A DNA stretch of 64,000 bases from Selaginella moellendorffii (GCF_000143415.4 NW_003314269.1:86401-150400); one strand, 5' to 3'; positions 24,200 through 36,677 are shown, counted from the stretch's first letter. Translations and numbers: made by a program. The notes: a model not told the origin generated them from the sequence alone.

Positions 24200-25150
24200 T
24201 GTGGGGGTTGGAACCCAATGGAACCCGTTTGGCCAGGAAAGGTCAATTTGGCCAGGAAAGGCCAGTTTGGCCCAGGAAGGCCAGACCCAGTGTTGGGTGA
24301 TGAGTTGACCACTGGGAAGTCCAAGACTAGAGTGAACACGGACCGACAAGCGGGGAAGCTTGGTGAAGTGTTCAAGAGCCGGCTCTAGTTCCCCCGGGAG
24401 ATCGACTGGCCGATGCTCCCAGTCCAAGTGTGGGTGGCACTACCTACTTGGATACCAGGCGTGGCTCAACGGAACCTCACTCTAAGCCCATGGCTAGAGC
24501 ACCCAAGGGCAGAAGGCGGGGAGAGTACCCAGGTGGCTCGCGTAAGGCCATGGTGTTCCGAAATGTTGTCCCAAAGGCCCAGACTGTGGAAAGGAAGAGG
24601 AGCAGTCCTCTAGGGTAGTGACCAAGGACACGGTCGTGTGGTGAGGAAATCCCAGAGGACCGTGGGACTTAGTGGTCGGGCCTGTAGGCCTCGATCCAGT
24701 GGCAGTGTTGGCAAACACGGTCAGGGGCAGAAAGGGACTTAGTGGAGACTGACAGAGGGATATTGGGGAAGGCTATTCCCCTTGTCGGTGGGCATCCTAA
24801 GGATGCTAAGGAGTGGATCTGAGATGACCACTCACGGATGGATTGCCTAGTCTTGGAGAGCCAAGACTGTGAGGCAAGTGGTATTGGACTACCAGTGTGG
24901 CAAAGGTGATTGGGCATGGCCTTAGCATAACAGGCTGCCATGTCGGTGGTACCTTTGAGTGTCGGTCATGGGATCAGACACGTGGAGCACTTGGACCAAG
25001 TGCAAATGTTGAGTGGCATAGATGCCATTCTCGGGGCTAGCAAGTCCCAAGTCCTGAATTGGACTTATGGAGGTGGTGAATGAGACTCCTCTAAGTGGTT
25101 GGAGGTGTGGTTAAGTGACTAAAGTAAAATGGAAAAATTAATCGCTTACA
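24200..25150 (+). mobile_element. Diverged LTR of the same family as 25162-26079
   Basis: Colinear with the LTR at 25162-26079 but with many more substitutions; TG start after a PPT-like tract, ends ...ATCGCTTACA at 25150. Confidence 0.8.
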
Positions 25151-26082
25151 AGGGGGAAGACTGCAGTGGAGCCAGTTTGGCCAGGAAAGGCCAATTTGGC
25201 CCAGGAAGGCCGGACCCAGTGTTGGGTGATGAGCTGCCCACTGGGAAGTCCAAGACTAGAGTGAACACGGACCGACAAGCGGGGTAGCTTGGTGAAGTGT
25301 TCAAGAGCCGGCTCTAGTTCCCCTGGGAGATCGACTGGCCGATGCTCCCAGTCCAAGTGTGGGTGGCACTACCTACTTGGATACCTGTCGTGGCTCAACG
25401 GAACCTCGCTCTAAGCCCATGGCTAGAGCACCTAAAGGCGAAAGGCGGGGAGAGTACCCATGAGGCTTGCATAAGGCCACGGTGTTCCGAAATGTTGTCC
25501 CAAAGTCCCAGACTGTGGAAAGGAAGAGGAGTAGCCCTCTGGTGTGGTGACAAAGGACACGGTCACCCAGTGAGGAAGTCCCAGAGGACAGTTGGACTTA
25601 GAGGTCGGGCCTGCAGGCCTTGATCCAGTGGCAGTGTTGGTGAACACAGCCATCGACAGAGAGGGACTTGGTGGGGACCGGAGAAGAGATATTGGGGAAG
25701 GTTATTCCCTAAGTCTGCGAGCATCCTAAGGATGCTAAGGAGTGGATCTGGGATGATCACTCATGGATGGATGGCCTAGTCTATGAGAGACGGGATTGCA
25801 ATGCAGGTGGTGTTGGACCACCGGTGTGACCAAGGTGAATAGGTATGGCCTCAGCGTAACGGGCCAATATGTCGGTGGTGCCTTGGGGTGTCGATCATGG
25901 GATTGGACACGTGGAGCACTTAGACCAAGTGCAAAGGTTGAGTGGCATGGATGCCATTCTCGGGGCTAGCAAGCCCCAAGTCCTAACTGGGACTTATGGA
26001 GGTTGTGAACAAGACTCCTCCAAGTGGTCGGAGGTGTGGTTAAGTGACTAAAGTAAAATGGAAAAATTAGTCGCTTACAATT

Positions 26083-26094
26083 TGGTATCGGAGC
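26083..26094 (+). promoter_or_regulatory. Primer binding site (initiator tRNA-Met type)
   Basis: TGGTATCGGAGC 3 nt after the LTR end; one mismatch to the canonical TGGTATCAGAGC. Confidence 0.85.
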
Positions 26095-26149
26095 TGTTCC
26101 TTAGTCCGACTTTTATTGGTGCTCAAGTATATCACCATTGATGTTGGCA

Positions 26150-29100
26150 TCGGAAGGTCCTAGAGTGGGCCTATCCTGGAGGAGTAGCATGTCGAGAGGA
26201 CATGGCTCTCCACTCAAGTTCATGCGTGAACTTGGGCATAATGTGGTGGATAGAAAAGGGCCAATAATGGAACGACTTTGGGATCTTGGGAACAGTATAA
26301 GGTCTCCTCAGAGAGCTGAGGATGTGATCCAGATGAGCGTTTGACGCAGCAAACGGGCTAACGTAGTTGTGATAAACAACTATAGTTGGGATCACGGGAA
26401 AGATGTAGGCTCCAAAACAATAAAGGAGTCACAAGATTATCCTCATGTAGTTGAGGTTGGTGCTCATAAATGTGAGACCAGAGGTAATGACCGTGGGAGG
26501 TCAAATACGGAAGAGGACTCAAGTCCTTGAAATGGTAGCCGGGGCTACCTTTAATAAATGCTGGAACAACCCAAGGAGTTGGGGGGTGTACTTAGAGATG
26601 AGTTGGTATTCTCATCACATGGACAAGTAGTCCTAAGGGGCAAAGGTTGCCCCAGAGAACAAAATCAAGTGTCAGAGTAACATTTGTGAAAATAGTCCTT
26701 TTGAGTAGGACAGGAATGCAAGAAGTGTATTCTAGTGAGCTAGTGCCTCACAAGTAGGACCTTACAGGTCTGTGGATTAACCAAGTCCAAAACTGCTAGA
26801 TGACTTAAGTAGAGTCAAGGGATGGTCCTAAAAGGACTGATGGAAGCATTTGGACTAAGGTGTGTGGTACCCCACAAAGGATGGGGGGGGATCATAGGAT
26901 CCAAGGATGAGAACAGAGGGTATCTCATCGATGGCAAAATGTGCCATGCTAAAGTCGTGGGAAAGGTGTTCCCAAAAAGAAAACAACTTTGACACAAAGT
27001 TGTGTGTGACCTCTATGGTGCAGTGCTAACGGATAGTTGGCATGAGAAAGAGTGGTATTGGTCTTGGCAAAGACTTAGACACAAGGAAGAAGTGTCATAG
27101 AGGTAGGCTCGTGGAGCTGATGGTGTGGAGACACCAAATGTGCCAAGGTGTGATACTTTGAGGCTATGTTGCTGGGTTCATGAGAACCCGTTGCCAAAGG
27201 AATCCCAATAGAAATGGGAATGGCATGGCCTAAGCTGGAAGGCATGTGGTTGGAGTGTGGTAACCCAGATAATGATGGAGGTGTGGAAGCACCAACAATG
27301 AGTTGTAGGACTTGACAACTACGAGGCAACTAAGCAAGAGGTGCAAAATAATTGGTTAAACGAGTAGAAGGTAGCTACCCAAGCCTTCTTAATGGCATAG
27401 GGAAGTGGATATACCCTTACGGGGGATAAGTTGCTTATGTTGCGATATAGTAAGTCAATGTCATAAAAGGAAATACTCATTGTCAAGGAAGCCGTCATTG
27501 GGACACCCGAACACTCTAGAACACCAGGAGGTGGTGTTTGATGTCGCGAGGGCAGTAGATAAGGCCCAAGGGACTAAGTCCCTAGCGAATGATGGATAGT
27601 AGGTGCTATCCAAATGTCCAAGGTGGCGGAGACAGGAGAAGACTGTCTACTTGAATTGGACAAGGCCAAAAATGGAATTTTGGCAAGGCTAGCAATGGGC
27701 ATGCAAAGGCCCGTAAGCAACAACGTAATCCCGGTGTGTGGGATTATAGGGTGAGCATACCTGGATTGAGGAACCACTCCCTAAGCTATCGGGTAGGTTC
27801 ATCCCTAAGAATACTTGCTAAGGCATGATAGAAAGTGCAAAGCTATCCTCCTAGTCTGGAGGAGAATGACCGAAAGAAAGGTGTGAAGCCAAAAGCAAGA
27901 AGTAAAGGGATAGAACCGAACCATAGGAATCGAAGGGCATAACCAAGGTTGGTTATGCCAGCTGGGAGTGGAGAATCTAGTGGGGGCTCGAGGGTGTTGC
28001 CGCTAGCAACCGTGATGCCATGGAGAGTCTAAAATATGGAATTGTCCATGTTAGACTATATGGTAATTGGAAAGCTTGCAAAAAGGGAGGCCTTAGCAAG
28101 CTAAGGGACAGAGTTCCTTCAAGGTTCCCAAAGAGGATTCTAGGTAGCTTAGTACCTAGAAAGGCCAAGCGTAAATGGTTCAAGGAACGCGCGAAATCAG
28201 AGTGGCGTAGCAGAAGCGTGGTCTTGAAGCATGCCATGGGGCAAGGCTATCAAGGTTAGGGAAGTAGTTCCCGAGTGTTCAAAGAGAGGGCTTTGAACGA
28301 AAGTCGATGATCAAGGGCTTTCACGCTTGTGCAGGAACCATGTTACAGTGGTCGGAGGACTTGCCGAAGCGAGATTGGCAAGTCAGGGGAACAAATACCC
28401 TAGTTGAAGGTGATAACTTCAAAAAGGGTGGGCCATGGGGCCAAGCATGGAGGAGTCCATGCATGATCACAAGCTTGTCAAGTGAGAGGACTTGGCAGTG
28501 GGGAGGAACTAGGTTCCTAAGCTGTGATCTATAGCGCGCTTTGAGTATAAGTTGGTGCACCAGCGTGGGGAGCCACGCCAGGCATCCTGGGTGATGCCGT
28601 CCGTAGATGCATATACGGAGGTTGGGTTCGAGTCCCGACCCTTTAGTGCTTGGGTTCGAGTCCCAAATCACTAGGGCGTGGTGATGGTTTGGAATATGAG
28701 GACACTCATATTTCGGTGGTCATGGACTCTCAGTGTGGAGACTGGTTTGGGCACACTGCCAAGCAAGGGATGCCTCGGAGTCGTGATGCACGGTTAAATT
28801 GCTTAGTGTGAAAGCTCGGCATATCTAACTTGAACGCTTTGGTGCAAGTGGCACCAAGGACGTGGTGAGTGAGATGGGGACACCTAATCTCAGTTGCTAT
28901 GAACCCTTGGCCGTAAGGGCTGGCTTGGGTGCACCGCCAAGTGTGGGGGATGCCCCCGGGGTTATAGTCAACAACTTGAAGGTCTAGAAGACCAAGTACC
29001 TCTTGGCAACTCTGTTAAGGTGCCAAGGTTAGATCACTAGGTGATCTTATGGCCAAATAAGGACAAGGTCCTTGGTTGGCTAAGGAATGAAGTTCCTGGT

Positions 29101-29900
29101 TCAAAATATTGAAATTGAACTATTTAAGGTGGTGTGGCTTGGTCATGATGACCAAGTGGGAAGAGCACCTAAGGGAAATAAACTATGTCCGTGCGATGGC
29201 ATAGTGAGTCCGAGGAAAATAGTCTCTATAAGAGACCCATGGGAGGGTCACGAAGTTGGGCCGTGGATAGAGCCCATAGCAGAAGATGCTAAAGAGACGT
29301 ACTAGGGGTGAACATCCTCCGGACTTGGCAAAGAAGAGTCTTTGCTATGGAACCGAAAGAATACCTCAAAAATGGAGGTAGCGATCCTATGTTGCTGGGT
29401 GCAACAATCAAGGATAGGAGCAAAGGACTAGTGGCCAAGTTTGGGCCATGGAATTTAATGGAAGGGATCCAAATGGCAAAGTTAGCCAAGGAACACTAAT
29501 GTGTTTCATGCTAACAGCTTGTGGGGAAAGGAAGTGGACTTCCAAGGATGGATTCCTAAGTGCTCCAATTTGGTGAAGTAAAAGCTCCAAGTGAGGGAGC
29601 GGCAAAGTAGCCAAAAGATAGGGCCGTGGACAGCCCTAGCACAAAATATGATAACTGGAACTCAGTGCCCAAAGGTGGCATGAAATCGAACAGAGGATGA
29701 TGGTGCCCTCAAGTGAAGAACTTCCTAGGATGAGGAAGTGGAGTTGCACAATATGTGCAATGCAAGGTGTCGGAGACACCTAGGAAATTGACTTCAAGAA
29801 GTCAGAATTAAAAGTTCCAAAGTGCAACGGTTATAGCGCTGGAAAGTGAGACCACTCGAGAACGAGTAGTGGGATCGAGTTAGAGAAGGTGTCTCTAACA
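26150..29900 (-). pseudogene. Heavily decayed gypsy pol remnant, antisense to the LTR/PBS/PPT orientation
   Basis: Minus-strand LPLPHLELLLHQIG...WLTLPFG (29408-29614) resembles RT motifs PLP.I..LLD.L.G and MPFG; minus-strand HLDHILSS...Y...W (26171-26395) resembles a chromodomain. Confidence 0.55.
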
Positions 29901-30375
29901 GATTTAATGAGAACTAAACCAATAGAAGGAGAGAACCACCACAAGTGGTTAAATGAGCCTCTAAGTTGGAGAGGCTATGCTCCTTAGATAATGGACAAGG
30001 CATGGTGAGCCTTAAGTGTCAAACCATAGACAGATATTGGCTGGGTGCCAAAGATGGAAATGGTAACACATGCGAGTGTTACTTTATGAAAGGGTTTACC
30101 GTTCGATGAGGACATCGAACTTCGTCTATGGGTGGTGGAGTTGTGAGACACAAAATCCCTAGGCCCCAAAGTGGAGCCGGAAGGGCGCCACGTGGTAGTG
30201 GCCGAAGCGAAAGCCAAACGAGCGCAACACGTTTGGACAAAAAGCTCCGCCTTGAAAGGTCGAGAGCGGGAGTGGAACTCCCAACGAAGTGCTCGAGGAA
30301 CAAGCACAAAGAGAGCAATAAGTGAGGCTCCAAAAAAGGGACCCAAAAGGACCAACACATGACACGTGGAAGTGT

Positions 30376-30930
30376 CCGAGATGGACCCAAGTTGGAGTCC
30401 GAAGTGGAGTCCGAGAAGGACCCCGAGATGGAGTCCAAGGTGGAGTCCGAGGTGGACCCGAGATGGACCCGAGATGGAGTCCGAGGTGGAGTCCGAGGTG
30501 GAGTCCGAGGTGGACCCGAGATGGACCCGAGATGGAGTCCGAGATGGAGTCCGAGATGGACCCGAGATGGAGTCCGAGATGGAGTCCGAGATGGACCCGA
30601 GATGGACCCGAGATGGGACCCGAGATGGACCCGAGATGGAGTCCGAGATGGAGTCCGAGAAGGACCCGAGATGGAGTCCGAGGTGGAGTCCGAGATGGAG
30701 TCCGAGGTGGACCCGAGATGGAGTCCGAGATGGAGTCTGAGATGGACCCGAGATGGAGTCCGAAGTCGAGACCGGGACCAAGACCGAGACCGGGACCGAG
30801 ACCAAGACCGAGATCGAGACCGAGACCGAGACCGAGGCCGAGTCCGAGTCCGAATCCGAGTCCGAATCCGAGTCCGAGTCCGAGTCCGAGTCCGAGTCTG
30901 AGTCCGAGGCCGAGTCCAAGTTCGAGTCTG
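30376..30930 (+). repeat. Tandem array (GAGATGGACCC / GAGATGGAGTCC grading into GAGACC / GAGTCC hexamers)
   Basis: Directly visible; accounts for the overlapping low-complexity ORFs at 29984-31204. Confidence 0.95.
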
Positions 30931-31927
30931 AGAGGGTGAAAGCCCAAAGCGTTCGTCTCCCAGACCCTGGGGGGTTTAGTGAACTCCAAAAGTATAGTAG
31001 GGGGAGGACTGCAGTGGAGCCAGTTTGGCCAGAAAAGGCCAATTTGGCCCAGGAAGGCCGGACCCAGTGTTGGGTGATGAGCTGCCCACTGGGAAGTCCA
31101 AGACTAGAGTGAACACGGACTGACAAGCGGGGTAGCTTGGTGAAGTGTTCAAGAGCCGGCTCTAGTTCCCCCGGGAGATCGACTGGCCGATACTCCCAGT
31201 CCAAGTGTGGGTGGCACTACCTACTTGGATACCTGTCGTGGCTCAACGGAACCTCGCTCTAAGCCCATGGCTAGAGCACCTAAAGGCGAAAGGCGGGGAG
31301 AGTACCCATGAGGCTTGCGTAAGGCCACGGTGTTCCGAAATGTTGTCCCAAAGTCCCAGACTGTGGAAAGGAAGAGGAGTAGCCCTCTAGTGTGGTGACA
31401 AAGGACACGGTCACCCAGTGAGGAAGTCCCAGAGGACAGTTGGACTTAGAGGTCGGGCCTGCAGGCCTTGATCCAGTGGCAGTGTTGGTGAACACAGCCA
31501 TCGACAGAGAGGGACTTGGTGGGGACCGGAGAAGAGATATTGGGGAAGGTTATTCCCTAAGTCTACGAGCATCCTAAGGATGCTAAGGAATGGATCTGGG
31601 ATGATCACTCATGGATGGATGGCCTAGTCTATGAGAGACGGGATTGCAATGCAGGTGGTGTTGGACCACTGGTGTGACCAAGGTGAATAGGTATGGCCTC
31701 AGCGTAACGGGCCAATATGTCGGTGGTGCCTTGGGGTGTCGATCATGGGATCGAACACGTGGAGCACTTAGACCAAGTGCAAAGGTTGAGTGGCATGGAT
31801 GCCATTCTCGGGGCTAGCAAGCCCCAAGTCCTAACTAGGACTTATGGAGGTTGTGAACAAGACTCCTCCAAGTGGTCGGAGGTGTGGTTAAGTGACTAAA
31901 GTAAAATGGAAAAATTAGTCGCTTACA

Positions 31928-33090
31928 GCCCCATTAGAGAGTTCCTTCAAAATTGGTTCCTACTGGACCTCACTATCCCTACTATACTTTTGGAACCCCC
32001 TGCAGTGCCCCCCCCCCCCCCCCGCCTCCGGGAGATACACGCTTTGGGCTTTCACCCCATAACCTATATTAGTATTTGGACTCGGTCTTAGACTCGATCT
32101 CGGACTCAATCTCAGACCCGACCTCGGACTTGGTCTTGAACTCGATCTCAAATCTCAGACTCAGTCTCGAACTCGGTTCTCGAACTCGATCTCAAACTTA
32201 GTCTCAAAGTCGGTCTCGGACTCAATCTCAAACTCGATCTTGAACTCGGTCTTAGAGTCAGTCTCGAACTTGATCTCAGACTCAGTCTCATCTGTTGAAC
32301 TCTTTATCATTTTGGTCGTGCTTTTAGGGATCTTTTAGCCTTCGACACCTCAGGGAGTTGGTTTCTTACAGTTTAAAGGTTATGACACTTTGATAGTGGT
32401 TGTGGATCAATTGTTGAAGATTACACACTTCATTCTAATTGTAGAAACAATGAATGCAACCTTTGTCCTAAAAGGAAAGCCTAACCTTTTAAGAAGAAGG
32501 ACAAATAGAGCACTACTTCACTTAGGTTAAGAGCATCATAATTGGTTTCTCTTTTAAAAATGGGAGTTATTTTTAAGCATGTCTTTGAAGGGCCTCTCTA
32601 GCACCCCTTAAGCCTATACTCACTCCTGCCCAAGGCTACCAACCCTCAATCCTAACCTCAACACATTCCAAAAGCACCATTGAAGAGTTCTTTCAAGACT
32701 AGGTTTTTAGCTTTGCTCACCTTACTATACTTTTGGAACCCCCTATAACCCTTGATCTGTATTAGTATTCGGACTCATTCCCTTAGCCTGTGACATCTCA
32801 AGGGGTTTATTCCTTACAACTCTACCATTTATAGAAGAAGTTCAATACCCATATCAATCAAACTTAATTAATCTTATGACTTGTTGACCATAGCCCCAGG
32901 GGCATCACCACATTTAGCAATGCACCTAAATCACCCTTTCTAGCTAGAAGCCCATGACAACAAAATATAAATGCCTTTATACCTCTCACCTCACCTCACT
33001 CTAGATACTAGGGAGTTAAGACTCAAACCTAGCCTCCACAGAATATGTTTACAAATTCAACATCCCCTCATGGGAGTTGGGTGTTAATTT
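31928..33090 (-). mobile_element. Inverted fragments of related LTR retroelements (PPT, hexamer array, non-coding pieces)
   Basis: Reverse complement of PPT (ctatccctactatacttttgg ~31974-31993), of GGGGTGAAAGCCCAAAGCG (~32040-32058) and of the hexamer array (32079-32290). Confidence 0.65.
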
Positions 33091-33774
33091 TCTAATATTG
33101 CTTGGATAGTGTGAGTTATTAATTTGAGGGACATCCATGTTTTTAAGCCACCTGTAAAGCAATGAGGACTTTTGCAATGAGTATATCTTGAATATTTCAT
33201 TTTATCTTATATAATCTCAATCTATGCTTCTCAAAATAGAAGAATGCTCATCCAGGTATAGGATTCAAACCTAGTAATCGTTCTAGTTATTTGTGTGTGA
33301 CAAGAAAGTGAACTTCAGAATTGATGATGTCACACTTAGGTATTTACAAAGTGAAAATTCTAGGGCATGTCTATGCTTCCTAGACAGGTACAAGTGGACT
33401 AAGTTGCTGTAGCAGCTGCAAGGGGCTAGCTAAAGGCTGGCAGAACTAAATCTATCTATAGCTAGCATGTGTAGATGTCAAGAAAATTTGGCAAGATCAC
33501 ATAGTTAATGTGGGTCAAAAGGTTACCTCAAAGGTATGGACTTATCATTTGGAACGGGTGAACACTGGACACTGTCCAATCCACCGTCCAATCTCATGGT
33601 TGGGTGAGGAGATGTAATATATTTTATGTAAAGCTAAAGTTCTTTATCGTTGTGCTGAGTTATAACATTCACCCTTGTTTCCCAGTTGTAATTTCCAGTT
33701 TAAAACACTCAGACACTCAGTCAATTAAAGATTTATTTGGTTGTTATTTTAACCATTGTGCATTTTATCAGAGC

Positions 33775-34377
33775 TTAATAGAGTAATGCCAGCACCGACT
33801 GAAGGATATTAACCAGTGCACTCAGCACAAGGAAAATGCAACTGTTTGGAGTAACAAGGATAATCACACTCTGCAGAAGCTTGATAGTTGTGGTGAGGCT
33901 CACAATAACAGTTAGATCAACTTTGATGAACTTGATTGGAGTCCACACAGGAATGGCATTGCCCAGATACTTGCAGATGATGCCAATGATAATTGGGCAA
34001 GGGAAGCCACCAGGGATGTAGATCACAATGATCTCAAGGATGATAATCACTGGATAAAGGATGACACATAGCAAAGGAACTTTGAGGACGAGGTCCTTTA
34101 GACTGGCTATAAGTTCAGTGACTAGTGTAAGTACTTTGTCAACTACATCCAGTGGGACACCAATGTCTGATGCTGATGAAGTTTCATTTGTGGGAAGTAC
34201 CTCCTTTAGAGACCTCATAGTGCCTTGCAAAAACGATTTAAGAGTTAACAAACAGAACTTTAGACCAAGTTATGGCATACCAGAGAGGTCTCCACTAACA
34301 TCAGCTGAAACATGAAGAACACTCGCAAGGAGGAGGCATGCAAGTGGGACAATAAACACAATGTTTGATTTTGCCAT
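33775..34377 (-). CDS. Uncharacterised hydrophobic secreted protein, 181 aa (copy A, intact; 2 exons)
   Basis: Exon 1 34377-34281 encodes a signal peptide (MAKSNIVFIVPLACLLLASVLHVSA); GT-AG intron 34280-34224; exon 2 34223-33775 open to TAA; paralogues keep the same structure. Confidence 0.8.
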
Positions 34378-34512
34378 TTCTTCGATTTAATCTGCTTGGA
34401 TAGTGTGAGTTATCAATCTGAGGGACATTCATGCCTTTAAATACTCTACAAATCACACCAAACTTTTGGGCCACCCATAAGCAGGACTTTCGTGACGAGT
34501 ATATCTGTGATT

Positions 34513-35329
34513 TTATCTCAAGCTCCAAAAGTCCGCTTCGTCAATCCAATCATATGGCGCCCTCTCCACCACGAGAAAGTCTCCTCGAATATCCTTGGCC
34601 AGCCGAATATGCTCGTCCAGGTATACGGATTCAAACCTAACAGATCGCTGCAATTATTTGTACTGGTAAAATCTGTAGAAACTTACCAGCCTTTACCGAA
34701 GGGAGGGACTGGGAAACTCCAGGTATCACTTCGAAGAAGCGCGCCAGTAAACCTTTTGCCGGAAAAAACATATCAAAGGAAATCACCACTGGAGTATATC
34801 TTAACTGGAATTCCACTCTCTTGTCCGAGACAACCTCCATCGTGGACGCCACCACGAACGCTCCAGAGGGTGGAAATGTGATGACATTGTTTAATCGATT
34901 CTCGCCCACATCGATCACCTGCATAGAACAAGAGCCTAGATTTCATTCCTGTGGTCTTTATTCTTCTTTCACCTGGAGAATGTCGCCAGCGCGAGTGCCA
35001 AATAGAGGCGCCTTGTCCACGATGAAGAGCTGCTCCTTCTCGGTCGTCCACAGCATCCTCCACGTCCCTGAGAGGCGCGAATCGGTGGTGATTCCATCCG
35101 AGCTCGCCGACTCGGCAGCAAGCGCCTCGAATGCGCGAAGAATCCTCTCTTTTCTCCTCTTGTCCTTCTGGCTTCTCAGCCCTCTCTCATCGTCGGAGAT
35201 GAGCCCTAGCAGTTCATCCCTCGCGGCGATGGAAGCTCGGCATTGGTGTTTGCTCGATCTGGCAGCAGCAGCAGCGTAGCAAGTGGGAAAGATCGTGGCT
35301 GGGGTGGAAATATTTCCTAGTGACACCAT
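34513..35329 (-). CDS. FBN9: Plastid lipid-associated protein / fibrillin (FBN9/PAP11-like), 4 exons
   Basis: Exons 35329-34973, 34918-34806, 34752-34687, 34636-34513 splice in frame: transit-like N-terminus, LSGTWRMLWTTEKEQLFI, VIDV...LNNVITFPP, PPFGKGWFESVYLD..IRLAKDIRGDFLVVERAPY, as in plant FBN9. Confidence 0.9.
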
Positions 35330-35965
35330 AGCCGCGAGGGTTATTAATTCTATCTCGAAATACTTTGATAGAGAATGAGAGATGATGGCTATGGCGACGC
35401 TGCGGTACCAGAGGGATTCATCTCTATGTGGATTTCATTTCACAGATTTATTTGCTTTGATAGTGTTTGTGGCTTTGCGCAACGCGTGGCGTGCGCCTGC
35501 TTTCATTCCTTCCATATGGCTTCAAGTGTTTTGCATTGTAGTAGACACTGTTCGCCTTTGTGCCTGGGTCGTGATCTGTAGCGCAATTAGCCGGTGGTCT
35601 TCTTTTGTGACAAAGTCCGAGAGCTCGATATCCTGACGACTTTGCAGGTGTACTCGTCGTAATCCAGATCCATGATGAGTGCTTGGGTATAGCGCAACGC
35701 TATTGCGCGCGGAACAAAAAGGCTACTTGTCAATCTATCTGGTGCTCGTCTCGTCTAACGCCGTGTTGTGCCTTCGGTGATGCTCTGTAAGGTACTCGAA
35801 CATTGAAGTCAACCATGGCATTTTCAACTAGCCTAGCTGTCCTGCAAGCATTGTGAATAGTGGGTGGAAAGTAGCAACACCAGCCGTAGTTTCTTCGCAG
35901 CTGCGGGTTTTGGGGCTGCGGGATCAGCACAGGGTCGGCAGCGGCGAGTCTGATGAGTCTTTACG

Positions 35966-36421
35966 GAGCCACACAGGAATGGCATTGCCCAGATACTTGC
36001 AGATGACGCCAATGATAATTGGGCAAGGGAAGCCACCAGGGATGTAGATCACAATGATCTCAAGGATGATAATCACTGGATAAAGGATGACACATAGTAA
36101 AGGAACTTTGAGAACGAGGTCCTTCAGACTGGCTATAACTTGAGTGATTATTGCAAGTACTTTGTCAACCACATCCAGTGGGACACCAATGTCTGATGCT
36201 GATGAAGTCCCATTTGTGGGAAGTACCTCCTTTAGAGACCTCATAGTGCCTTGCAAACAAATTTACATGGACAAAGAGTCAAACGAAACTTTAGACCAAG
36301 TTATATATACTATACCAGAGAGGTCTCCACTAACATCACTGTCTAATGCTGAAACATGAACAACACTCGCAAGGAGGAGGCAAGCAAGTGGGAGAACGAA
36401 TGCTATGCTTGATTTTGCCAT
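35966..36421 (-). pseudogene. Hydrophobic secreted protein copy B, 3'-truncated and fused to unrelated sequence
   Basis: ATG at 36421, same intron; homology ends after ...NAIPVW at ~35966. Confidence 0.8.
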
Positions 36422-36677
36422 TTTTTTCGATTTAATTTTCTAATGTTGCTTGGATAATGTAAGATTGAAGTACATGCTAGCTTCATTGTATTGATGCATA
36501 GGTGGAGTTGGAAATGGTTGATGTCGCTCTTGTTGTTAGGAATTCCCATGCAAAAATGAGAGCTGGCTGTGGAGAAAGGATGGAGAGTTTCCTTTCAACA
36601 ACATGCAGATGGTGGAAGAAGAGATTGGTGCTAGATAGTAGTGTGGATGAAGTTCTTTTCCTCGCTACATAGCTGTG

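Larger units (their letters stand above)
25162..31927 (+). mobile_element. Young non-autonomous (LARD-like) Ty3/gypsy-related LTR element
   Basis: 918-bp LTRs TG...CA at 25162-26079 and 31010-31927 differing by about a dozen transitions; tRNA-iMet PBS TGGTATCGGAGC at 26083-26094; PPT AGTATAGTAGGGGGAGGAC before 31010; no intact ORF; no TSD seen. Confidence 0.85.

Noticed and set aside
29984-31204. Long overlapping ORFs (406, 276, 205, 180 aa) with SD/ES/RD/GL repeats
   Set aside because: Stop-free translation of the tandem array in several frames on both strands; the same applies to 22761-23299.
35945-35975. CTGATGAG as a hammerhead-ribozyme core (retrozyme), also at ~48762 and ~50650 on the minus strand
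   Set aside because: No stem II followed by GAAA and no pairing stems I/III found by eye.
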